Origin: an uncultured Pseudomonadales bacterium
GTDB lineage: Bacteria; Patescibacteriota; Microgenomatia; UBA1400; PJMF01
DNA: 64,000 nucleotides
Direction: 5' to 3'
Assembly: GCA_964412775.1 (NCBI GenBank)
Contig: CAYPPX010000001.1
Span: forward strand, 1,122-65,121
Below are positions 17,325-26,377 of this stretch, piece after piece. The first letter of the stretch is position 1, and every line of letters starts with the position of its first letter. Below the pieces are notes generated by a model. That model worked only from the letters and a program-made list of their open reading frames with translations. It had not been told where the DNA came from and ran no database searches. A program made the translations under genes and the position numbers.

Positions 17325-19994
17325 GTGTTCAATCACCAACCACTGAACAAATTTTCAAGGTATAATAGATGTGTGAAATTAAGTTATAAACTACTGTTAG
17401 TGTTTTCTTTGTTTTTTTTGTTAATGAGTCGAGTTTTTGAGGTTAAAGCTGCTTCTAGTGATGATTACGTCAACTATACTCGTCGTGATCCAGAAATGTA
17501 TAACTATCTACCACTCGTGATCGATGATGGTTATTCATTGGGTAATACCGGTGAACTTCAAGATATTATTACCTACCAAATGGCCTACAACCAAGGTTAC
17601 GAAGTCCAGTGTGCCAAACCAAAGTGGTGGCTTTGGGGACAAGTGCATGGTGATATTAAAGAATATTTTGAGGAATATGAAAAACCAGTTAGACTAACTT
17701 CAACTTCAGTTTATGAGGGTCAGTTTGCTGAAGGAAAAATTCCTCTCTTTCAAGGAGATGAAGACTTCAAAGATACTACTAAAATCTCTTCTTATGAGGG
17801 TTACTTTGGAGCAAAAAACCTAACCAAACAACCAGCTGAGTTAAATTCGGCCGGTGTAGCTACCACCCTTTTAACCAGAGAAGAACAATGTGTAGTTAAG
17901 TATAACAATTTGTACGAAGTCTATAACAAACTTTTCTGTGATAAATTTAAGGAAGGTTCTCCTTGTAAACTTAACCAAATTGACATTCCAGGCAGAGATT
18001 ATGGTGGCTGGATTCTTTTCGAAGCACTAAGAGATATTTTTGCCATTAAAAGTAAAACAGATCCAGACAAAAATTTCAGTTGTTATGAATTAATGCATGA
18101 GTGGTCTCCAGACATCGAAGAAGAGTTCGGCATTAGCCAATCAAAGTTTGAAAATGACATTAAGCCATTTGCTGAAGATATCAGTCTAGCCCCTCTCAAT
18201 ATGGAAGCTTTATATCGCTTGGCGTTTTTGGTTGTCTCAATTAAACAGAATGTGATGGAAGGCAACGAAGAAGTTGACCCAGCTCTTTTCCCTAGTAATG
18301 AAGATATCTTTGACTTTTTGGAAATCTCAACACCAGAACCAGTCTGGGGTGGAACTTTCGAAAGAATGCCCATTAAAAAAGAAGCTCCCATTGTGATTGG
18401 TTTCAAAGTCCCAATGACTGCTACCAACATGATCTTTTCTTTGCCTGGTTTAACTGATTCAGCCAGACTAACTTCATATCTCTTTAGTGAACCAGAAAGT
18501 ATTGCCAAACATATTGATGAAATGAAAGACCAAAGAAAAGAATACTTGGGGAATATTCTAGCTGTAAAAAAAGGCTTACCTGGCACCGATCCAGTCATCA
18601 ACTGTGGTGCTCTACCTCAATGTGTGGGTGATGATCCTAATAAAATTTTGCTTAGATCTTTAATTGACCAAATTAATGGTAGTGGTCTAGATTGTGGTGG
18701 CTTCGAAGGTTCTTATGAATTGGTATCTGAGTTGGGTTCTAGTGCTAATACTCCAGATAATACTAGAGAGCTAAGAGACCCCTACTTTTCCAAAGTCTTT
18801 ACTTCTGACGCATCCTATACTTTTGACTGGAACATTATTGTCAAAGATGAAGTGGTAAATGGCGACTTAGATGGCGATCCAATTGTAGCCAGAGCACATT
18901 TAGTTACACCTTATGGTAGTGATATGGAATACATCAACAAGGTTTTACGTCAAATGTTTACTGAAGATGAATTCAAAAAAATTGTAGAAAAAAACTGTGT
19001 TGAAGACTTTGATGGTAAGTGTGGAATTATTCCTGAAAACTTAACTTTTGTTAACACTACCGCAGAACTAAAAACCAAGCCAGATGTTTTTTCCTTTATT
19101 TACCATCAGCCACCAGGCTGTGTTGAGAAATGTCCAGAGGATGATAAATACTGTATTGAGTGCGAAAGAAAGAAAATGGCTGGAGTTGTTGTAGAGAACC
19201 CAATAGAACCAATGAGAATTCTAGGTGGCGAGCTAGGGTTTATGATTAGAAAAATTCAAGAAAATTTAAGAGATTATGGCTCAAGAGCTTGGGAATATAT
19301 TCATAACTGTAAACGTACTGAAGATTTATTCTTGGGACGATGTGAAGGTTATGATAGCGGGACTGATCCTACTGATGGTGAAGAATTAGCCTGTGAAGAA
19401 ATCAAAACTAGAACCACTAAATTACCAACTATGAATGAACTGATGAAAATGACTTGTAGTGTAGCTGGTAATGATCCGAACAATGCTCAGATGTTATGGG
19501 GCTTTTTACAAATTGAAGCCAGTCCAATGCTCAGAAAAATTAGAGAAGGAGCAAAAGAAATGAGTTGTGGTGAAATCGTCACTAATGCTTGTGGCGCTTC
19601 AGGCATTGTGGGGGTTTTAATCCCTCAATGTATCGATAAGGAAGGTTGTCCTCAAGCTGCTTATATTGCTGATGATAAAGATGACCCATGGATTCAAGAA
19701 GCGAGAAACAACCCTGATATTGCTTGCGATATCAAAACATCACTGGAATATATTCTAAGGAAAAGACTTTCAGAAAGAGGTTGGTTAGTAGAACAATACA
19801 AAGCTAAAAATGGAACAACCCCATCCACTCAACAACTTTATTATATGATGGCTGGACGTAATTATGGTGTTCCCACTGAATATTTGACAACACCTGCTTG
19901 TGCTGGCTATGAAGAAGTTCAAGGCTGTGGTGGAGCCAACTACTGTGTTTGTACTATGGATACATTCAAGTTGGATTGTGGAAATATTAAATAA
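17325..19994 (+). CDS. Large secreted Cys-rich protein (889 aa), hypothetical; candidate adhesin or effector of the adjacent pilus/T4SS-like system
   Basis: N-terminal signal/TM; >35 Cys spread along the length; no enzymatic motif recognised. Confidence 0.4.
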   Translation: MFNHQPLNKFSRYNRCVKLSYKLLLVFSLFFLLMSRVFEVKAASSDDYVNYTRRDPEMYNYLPLVIDDGYSLGNTGELQDIITYQMAYNQGYEVQCAKPKWWLWGQVHGDIKEYFEEYEKPVRLTSTSVYEGQFAEGKIPLFQGDEDFKDTTKISSYEGYFGAKNLTKQPAELNSAGVATTLLTREEQCVVKYNNLYEVYNKLFCDKFKEGSPCKLNQIDIPGRDYGGWILFEALRDIFAIKSKTDPDKNFSCYELMHEWSPDIEEEFGISQSKFENDIKPFAEDISLAPLNMEALYRLAFLVVSIKQNVMEGNEEVDPALFPSNEDIFDFLEISTPEPVWGGTFERMPIKKEAPIVIGFKVPMTATNMIFSLPGLTDSARLTSYLFSEPESIAKHIDEMKDQRKEYLGNILAVKKGLPGTDPVINCGALPQCVGDDPNKILLRSLIDQINGSGLDCGGFEGSYELVSELGSSANTPDNTRELRDPYFSKVFTSDASYTFDWNIIVKDEVVNGDLDGDPIVARAHLVTPYGSDMEYINKVLRQMFTEDEFKKIVEKNCVEDFDGKCGIIPENLTFVNTTAELKTKPDVFSFIYHQPPGCVEKCPEDDKYCIECERKKMAGVVVENPIEPMRILGGELGFMIRKIQENLRDYGSRAWEYIHNCKRTEDLFLGRCEGYDSGTDPTDGEELACEEIKTRTTKLPTMNELMKMTCSVAGNDPNNAQMLWGFLQIEASPMLRKIREGAKEMSCGEIVTNACGASGIVGVLIPQCIDKEGCPQAAYIADDKDDPWIQEARNNPDIACDIKTSLEYILRKRLSERGWLVEQYKAKNGTTPSTQQLYYMMAGRNYGVPTEYLTTPACAGYEEVQGCGGANYCVCTMDTFKLDCGNIK

Positions 19995-20010
19995 GTATTT
20001 TCAAAAAAAC

Positions 20011-20832
20011 TTACTTTTCAGTAACAATTTCAGGCTCAATAGTAATTTTCTTTTTTCTACCTCGTTTTTTCTTGACTACTAAAGAAATTTCTGTAGCATC
20101 AACTCGCTTGGTTCTTCTCGCCCCCATTCTCAAAAGTCGAGCAACTTTTTCAAAAGTCTCAGCAGTGGTAGTAAAAGATTGCAGATAATTAGTAGTGTGT
20201 TCAATTCCCATTAACAAAGCTGTTGCCATTGGCTCATTTATTACTAACTCCAAATTGTCAAACAAATCAATAATATTTTCACTCATGCTACTAGAGCCAG
20301 ACAGATCAAACTGAGTGGTACCAATTTCTGGCTTAAAGTTATGTAAAGTCACCACATAACTATTTTGGTAAAGACTTTCATAACCAAAATATAATTGTTC
20401 CAAACTTTCTAAATCATGAACGCCCACTAAAAAAACTAAATCAATATCTGTGCCCGCATAACCAAACTCAACTGATTTTGGATCAAGTGGTTTGATACCT
20501 TTTTTGGGTTTAATTGTTAAATAGAATTTTTTACTTTCCTCAGCAATGTGGTAACTAACTTTGTCGACTGCTTGTTCATCGTAATCAAAAGAAATAACCA
20601 AGTTTTGTTTACCTAGGTTGGTTTGCAACTCTTTTAAAGCCGAGAAATAATCATCACTAATTTTTTGGGGGGCATAAAAACCAACTTCTTTACCAACCGA
20701 CACACAACCATGAAACAAACTACTTGCTACAGCTAATTGGTCAACTGTTGGTTTTGGGCCTAAAATAATCGCAATTGACTCTGCTGATTGAAAGTACTCT
20801 TTGAGTGAATTGACTTGTTCTAGTGCTATCAT
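20011..20832 (-). CDS. Hypothetical protein; start refined to the internal Met (MIALEQVN...) to avoid overlap with the divergent gene
   Basis: The ORF-track version (to 20997) overlaps the plus-strand gene by ~100 bp and adds an unlikely hydrophobic leader. The Met at 20830-20832 follows a TATACT -10-like box. A GVHDLE segment only weakly recalls DHH phosphoesterases. Confidence 0.35.
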   Translation of the reverse strand: MIALEQVNSLKEYFQSAESIAIILGPKPTVDQLAVASSLFHGCVSVGKEVGFYAPQKISDDYFSALKELQTNLGKQNLVISFDYDEQAVDKVSYHIAEESKKFYLTIKPKKGIKPLDPKSVEFGYAGTDIDLVFLVGVHDLESLEQLYFGYESLYQNSYVVTLHNFKPEIGTTQFDLSGSSSMSENIIDLFDNLELVINEPMATALLMGIEHTTNYLQSFTTTAETFEKVARLLRMGARRTKRVDATEISLVVKKKRGRKKKITIEPEIVTEK

Positions 20833-20893
20833 TATGAGTAGTATAGTACATTTTTGATTACTTTTGTAGTATTTAAAGTTTGTTTTTGGGGTT

Positions 20894-22579
20894 TTGCTTT
20901 TTAATTTCTTGACGTACAATATTAAACAAATGAGGCAAATCACTAAGCTTGCTATTTTTGCCGTTTTCCTACTACTAGGTTCTGTTGTTGTTGCCAAACC
21001 AGTTCAAGCTTTTGATTTGGTTGAATGGTTTCAAGAAACTTTTAATATTCAGAAAAACCTCGATGATTCGATTAATGCTCAAGTTAGAGCTTCAGAAGAA
21101 GGTGATGTTACTTTAACTTCTCTGGTACCCAATGTTGGTGGTGAAACTAGAAATGACCTACTTTTGGTTGCTGCTGGTGTACCTAAGGTTGAAAACAGTC
21201 CAGCACTACAAAGTATGACTGAAGAACAAAGAAAAATTGTTTATGAAAGATACGGTCGAGGCTTAATTGGTGACTCAGTTAATGCTGTAGCAATGCTTTA
21301 TACTCCTCCAGCTTCTGGTACAGTCTATGTTGCAGAACTGCTTAGATCTGCTCACATTATTCCTCAAGCCCATGCCCAAGGGTTAGGTTTTTCTGCCTTA
21401 GACCCAGTTTTAGAAACTTGGAAAGTCTTTAGAAACATTGCCTACCTATTTTTTGTAGTCGTATTTTTGGCAATAGGCTTAATGATTATGTTCCGTCAAA
21501 AAATTGGTGGCCAAACTGTGGTTACTGCTCAACAAGCTATACCAGGCATTATTGTCTCTTTAATTACCGTTACCTTCTCTTATGCTATTGCTGGATTTTT
21601 GATCGATTTAATGTACTTAATTATGTACTTAATGATTGGTTTATTTAGTCCTCAATCTGGTACAGAAATCATCAGTAAAAACTTTTTACAAATTGGTTTT
21701 GATGTAGTTACTGGGGTTAACACTAATGGGGCCTTTTCTAGTATGAACGAAGCTGTTAAAACCTTTGCTTCTTCAATCGATACTAGTGCCATTGGTGAAG
21801 TCTTGGGGTGGATTGGTGGTGTGACCATGGGCTTAATTGTTTCGATTGCTATTTTGATTGGTGTTTTCAAACTCTTTTTTGAACTACTCAAGATTTACAT
21901 TACTATTATTATTGCTATTGTGGTCAGTCCAGTTTTATTAATGATGGGAGCTATCCCAGGTAAAAGTAACTTTGGATATTGGGTTAAACTAGTCTTTGGT
22001 AACCTACTAGCTTTTCCAATGGTTCTATTTTCTTTAATTCTTTATGAGATGTTTACTAGTGGTGACCTTTCTGCCGGTGGCTTTATGCCTCCTTACTTGA
22101 TTGGTCGTGGATCTGGTAGTGTGATGATGACCTTGGTGGGAATCGGTATTATCATGATCATTCCAGAATTAATTAAAGAAATGAAAAAAGCCCTCAAAAT
22201 CGATGGTGGTATTTGGGAAACCTTGGCCTTCAAAGCTGTTGATCAAACCAAAGAAGGTCTTAGATACGGTGTACCAGGTGCCTACGTGGCTGGTGGCGCT
22301 ATTGGTGATACAGCCAAAGGTATCTGGGCTGGTAGAAAGAATCTTAAGACTATTCCTGGCAATGTTTATAGAAACGTTACTCAAAATGTTGGAGACAACC
22401 TTAGAAGAGGTAACCAGGCCGCCGCTAGTATTGAAAATGTGTTAGAAGGTAAGTTTAAAGATCCAAACAGTTGGGAGAACTTAATGCTCAGAAACCAACT
22501 AGAAGAACAAGAAAAACGTAGAAAAGAAGAAAAAGAACGACGCAGACAAAAAGTTAGAAGACCAAGACCAAACGGCTAG
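20894..22579 (+). CDS. Polytopic membrane protein, VirB6/TrbL-like candidate
   Basis: Signal peptide plus >=6 hydrophobic helices in the central region and a charged C-terminal tail (KRRKEEKERRRQKVRR); architecture and position in a VirB4-containing cluster. Confidence 0.35.
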   Translation: MLFNFLTYNIKQMRQITKLAIFAVFLLLGSVVVAKPVQAFDLVEWFQETFNIQKNLDDSINAQVRASEEGDVTLTSLVPNVGGETRNDLLLVAAGVPKVENSPALQSMTEEQRKIVYERYGRGLIGDSVNAVAMLYTPPASGTVYVAELLRSAHIIPQAHAQGLGFSALDPVLETWKVFRNIAYLFFVVVFLAIGLMIMFRQKIGGQTVVTAQQAIPGIIVSLITVTFSYAIAGFLIDLMYLIMYLMIGLFSPQSGTEIISKNFLQIGFDVVTGVNTNGAFSSMNEAVKTFASSIDTSAIGEVLGWIGGVTMGLIVSIAILIGVFKLFFELLKIYITIIIAIVVSPVLLMMGAIPGKSNFGYWVKLVFGNLLAFPMVLFSLILYEMFTSGDLSAGGFMPPYLIGRGSGSVMMTLVGIGIIMIIPELIKEMKKALKIDGGIWETLAFKAVDQTKEGLRYGVPGAYVAGGAIGDTAKGIWAGRKNLKTIPGNVYRNVTQNVGDNLRRGNQAAASIENVLEGKFKDPNSWENLMLRNQLEEQEKRRKEEKERRRQKVRRPRPNG

Positions 22580-22712
22580 TCATCAATAAGTTTAATTATA
22601 AATATTAAACACGCGACAACAATTTTGTTTGTCCACTATTCACTAAAAGTAAGATTTTTTTATAGACAAATAAATCAAATCAACATTGTGGTTAATTGAT
22701 ATTTACAAAGAA

Positions 22713-25700
22713 TTAAGCTCTAGTATCTTCGCTGACAGCCTCACTCTCCCAAGGGGCTTCAAATAAAAGTGGCTCACCATTAGGTAACTCTTTAGACCAA
22801 TTAAATGGTAAAAGCTTGCCCAAGAAGTTCTTTAAACCAAATTTAAACTCAACTTTATATTGCCATAAAGCTCTTAAGTAATTTAAAACCTTAAGATCAT
22901 ATTGGTATTCAACCATCTCTTTAACGTGGTAACCATCCATATATTTATGGACAAAGTCTTTGGTGGCTTGAGGCACACCACCCGCAGCATCCAGTTGTTT
23001 AAGCATAATATGTCTGAGCATATCAACCTCATCAACATTGGTTGCATTTGAATACATATGACTTAAGCGATGCATCATTCTGACGGTAAATGGTCCAAAT
23101 AATAAATGATGTCTTCCTGGTACAAGTTTTGCTTTACCAATAATTTTGTCTAACCATTCAATAAATTTGTGTTCAACCTCATCAAAACTTATCTCCTTTT
23201 GTTCTTGCATAAAGGCTTTGTTAAATTTCTCTAAAGCTTTAAAACTCACGGTCATATATTGATCAACAGTTAACCTAGTAAGCTGTGGAATACCAATATC
23301 ATTCAAACTTTTACCATAACCAAGTAAGTTGGCTTCTTCAGTGAAAGCAGCAATAGCTCTATCTTTGGCTGGCCCATCATCCATGGCCATCAAGTCTCGT
23401 TTTCTTTGTTCCATTTTCAAAATATTAATTGTGACTTCTCCTGGCAAAGGGAAAAAGTTGGAATTCAAATCCAACCTAGTTTCTGGCAAAGGATCTCTAG
23501 CAGTCGAGAAACCCATTAAGTCTCTAGTGTCCTTAACCCATTTTGGAATATTGTCCCAAACGGCTTGTCTATATTTATCAATAATATGCCATAGCTCTTT
23601 GATACTATGCATTTTATTATGTTTAGGATGACCACTACCATCATACTCGACCATTCCTACCAGATCTTTTTCATGAATATACAAAAGTTCTTCTGAGTTG
23701 GCTTTAGGTAAGTTATCTCCATATCTATTTCTGGAGTATTGGCCAGCTGCAAACGGAGCTGCCACAAATAATTCATCAGAAAATTCTTGTTTTCTAAGCC
23801 CAGTTAAAGCCAGTCCGTGAGCTCTGGTAGTAGCATGCATTAACCAAGGCACATAACCAGCAGATTTTGCAGCCATAGCTTGAGAATACTTAATCAGTTC
23901 TCCAAGTAATTTAGGATCAATATCGGCAAATTTTTGTTTTAAATGCTTGATAAAGTCACTCAGACGATCATTAAGTAAGTTGTTATAAGAGTAATCTTTT
24001 CGACCGAGTGGATCACTAGGATTTTCTGGGTCATAATTTAAGCCACCCCACTCTGGTTTACCCTTAATTCTTTGAACAATGTACTCATAAACCTCAATTG
24101 CCCGCATATTAATTTCTGCTTTATCCATATCTTCAGCAGTTAATGGGCCTTTTTTCTCTGGTCTTTTTAAGAAAAGGGCTCTAGCAATATTATTAAAGTC
24201 AACACCTTTATCTGCTAGCTCCACCATAATTGAGTCAAAACCAATATCAAAACCTTTGACACCAGTATCTCCAGCTGTCATCACAGCCTGTAAACCTCTT
24301 CTAACCCGATACCAAGATTCAAGTTGTTTATCTTCAACACTGCCAATTAATTCAAAATAACGTGCATTTAAGTCTCTTAAACGATCAGTTGGAACAATAG
24401 CTTCAGCAATTTCATCAATTACTTCTTCAATATCCATTTCATAAGGGTCTTTTTGCTTTTCAACCAAGCCCAATGATTTCAAATATCTCTCAGAAGTAAA
24501 TTTCCCAAGGCTGTCAATTTGTTTTCTAATCTCTAAATGAAGCAAAGATAATAACTCATTGGCTTTTTCATAGTCTACTGAGTCTGGATCTTTGACCAAT
24601 GACATTTCTTTTAAGTAGGCAGCATATTCACCATCATCAAGGTCTGCTGGTTTATTTCTGTAACCAATAGGAATACCCTTAACTTCTTTTTCCATCACAT
24701 CAGAGCTAATCGATTGAACTCTCTTGGCAGACTTAGATAAATAAAACAAAAGCTTTTCTAGTTTTTCTCTTTCTTTATCAGTAAGCTTAGCACCACCTTT
24801 GGCTGTTAGTTCTCTAGCAAATTTTTCTGCTAATCTCAAAGCATCAACTACCAGAATGTTGGTTGTATCTGCCTCTCCTCTTTCTGTTGATAAACTAAGT
24901 CCATCACCAATACTAACTCTGTTTAGGTTAAAGAAACTTTCAATTTCTCTAAGATTTTCTTTAGTACCTTTATCCTTAAAATCTTTGGCTCTTGGCTTTT
25001 CATCTAACATCAGTTCTATTTGATGAATAACTTTTTCTGCTTGATCAAAGAGCTCAGCATCAATCCTGGCTAACAAAGCACTGTTTTTTCTGGAACCTAC
25101 AAATTTTCTAGACTTAACTAATAAGTCACTCAACTCACTTCTTCTAGTTTCTAGGTTGTTCCAAGAATTTTTTCTAGGCAAAGTCTGAGACAATAGATCT
25201 TTCAAATTAGTCAAGTCTTCACTGTCAGCAAAAGCTTGTTGGTAAGCCTCTTCTGTAGAAAGGTTGTCAACATAAGCCTGCATTTTTTCTAAAAGTGCTT
25301 TAGCTGGAATAATAAAACGCTTAATTAGTTCAATTCTTTCTTTTCTTAAAGTAGTTGTTTGAATACTCTTGTAGTCATAAACTTCTTCCAACTCTTCAAT
25401 ATTAGTTTGGAGAAACTGAAGATAACTAGTTGGTGGAATAAATCCTGGTACCAGAGCTCTTGGATCAAGCCCAGTTGCATCACCAGTAAAAGCGTCGTTA
25501 ATCTCACGATATTTTTCTTCAAAAACTAATAGATCTTCAGGAATTTCAGTCTCTGCCTCTTCTTTAGATTCTTCTGAAGAAGTTAGACCTAAAATCTTTT
25601 TTTGTTCTTTAGATAAAAGTGGTTCAATCTCTGCAATATAGTTACCAATCAGGTTCATTATTGTTTGTACAGAGTTAAGAATATCTTCTGGTGAGTTTAG

Positions 25701-26069
25701 TTTTTTGGCAAAATCTTTTTCTTTTATTTTTAAAACATCTGGATATACACCACCAAGTCTAGAAACAGCTTTTAGTTTTTTGGCAAGTTTTGCTAGTTCT
25801 TCTAGAGATTTTTCTAATGAGGAAATAATTATGTCTTGTAGGTCTGGATCTTTTTTAAATTCATCTTGAAAATCACCTCCATAGATAACATCTTCCACTC
25901 TACTTAAAACCCGGTTTAGTGAGCCACTAACTCCAAGTTCCTCTAACTCAATCATTATTTTTTCTAAATCCAAAACAGTCCCAACTGTAACTTTTTTTTC
26001 ACGATCAGAGACAACAAACTTCATTGCCTCTTTTAGATTAGCTGGTCCTGATTCTCGTGATCCCGACAT
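22713..26069 (-). CDS. Giant hypothetical protein (1118 aa), predicted cytoplasmic
   Basis: Long ORF with no TM and no recognisable catalytic motif; divergent from the plus-strand T4SS-like operon; extended -10 (TGGTATAAT) 12 nt upstream of the ATG. Confidence 0.4.
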   Translation of the reverse strand: MSGSRESGPANLKEAMKFVVSDREKKVTVGTVLDLEKIMIELEELGVSGSLNRVLSRVEDVIYGGDFQDEFKKDPDLQDIIISSLEKSLEELAKLAKKLKAVSRLGGVYPDVLKIKEKDFAKKLNSPEDILNSVQTIMNLIGNYIAEIEPLLSKEQKKILGLTSSEESKEEAETEIPEDLLVFEEKYREINDAFTGDATGLDPRALVPGFIPPTSYLQFLQTNIEELEEVYDYKSIQTTTLRKERIELIKRFIIPAKALLEKMQAYVDNLSTEEAYQQAFADSEDLTNLKDLLSQTLPRKNSWNNLETRRSELSDLLVKSRKFVGSRKNSALLARIDAELFDQAEKVIHQIELMLDEKPRAKDFKDKGTKENLREIESFFNLNRVSIGDGLSLSTERGEADTTNILVVDALRLAEKFARELTAKGGAKLTDKEREKLEKLLFYLSKSAKRVQSISSDVMEKEVKGIPIGYRNKPADLDDGEYAAYLKEMSLVKDPDSVDYEKANELLSLLHLEIRKQIDSLGKFTSERYLKSLGLVEKQKDPYEMDIEEVIDEIAEAIVPTDRLRDLNARYFELIGSVEDKQLESWYRVRRGLQAVMTAGDTGVKGFDIGFDSIMVELADKGVDFNNIARALFLKRPEKKGPLTAEDMDKAEINMRAIEVYEYIVQRIKGKPEWGGLNYDPENPSDPLGRKDYSYNNLLNDRLSDFIKHLKQKFADIDPKLLGELIKYSQAMAAKSAGYVPWLMHATTRAHGLALTGLRKQEFSDELFVAAPFAAGQYSRNRYGDNLPKANSEELLYIHEKDLVGMVEYDGSGHPKHNKMHSIKELWHIIDKYRQAVWDNIPKWVKDTRDLMGFSTARDPLPETRLDLNSNFFPLPGEVTINILKMEQRKRDLMAMDDGPAKDRAIAAFTEEANLLGYGKSLNDIGIPQLTRLTVDQYMTVSFKALEKFNKAFMQEQKEISFDEVEHKFIEWLDKIIGKAKLVPGRHHLLFGPFTVRMMHRLSHMYSNATNVDEVDMLRHIMLKQLDAAGGVPQATKDFVHKYMDGYHVKEMVEYQYDLKVLNYLRALWQYKVEFKFGLKNFLGKLLPFNWSKELPNGEPLLFEAPWESEAVSEDTRA

Positions 26070-26353
26070 CTTATGGGAAAATTATACCATTTTTTCTCAA
26101 AAAAAGCTTTAAAAAAATATCTTATAACTTTTAGTTGAGAACCTAAAAATTAAATCAACAAAAACCAACATAAACATGCTATAACATAACTATTACTCGG
26201 AAGTTCCGTGAGATTCGGAGACTGTGCCGCAACGGTGATGTTTTTTATAAACTAGTCCGGTCGGAGTAAGCCACTTCATATCTGGAGTGAAGAAAGAATT
26301 TGTTAAAAATTCTTTACGACGAGCATCGGGCTAAATTTTAACTGCCTCCCGGT

Positions 26354-26373
26354 GCTCCTCTCAACAGAGGAGC
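26354..26373 (+). promoter_or_regulatory. SD-sequestering hairpin (GCTCCTCT-CAAC-AGAGGAGC) immediately upstream of the GTG start at 26378
   Basis: Perfect 8-bp stem whose 3' arm contains the AGAGGAG Shine-Dalgarno, 5 nt before the start codon; preceded by an unusually GC-rich ~150-nt leader. Confidence 0.3.
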
Positions 26374-26377
26374 TTTT

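Noticed and set aside
20833-20997. N-terminal 55 codons of the minus-strand ORF 20011-20997
   Set aside because: Would overlap the divergent plus-strand gene start by ~100 bp and add an implausible hydrophobic leader; the internal Met at 20832 preceded by a -10-like box is the more likely start.
26160-26350. SRP (4.5S/scRNA) RNA in the GC-rich leader
   Set aside because: GUCCGGUCGGAGUAAGCC only loosely resembles the SRP domain IV consensus (GGUCCGGAAGGAAGCAGCC); the GNRA tetraloop and symmetric loop are not reproduced.
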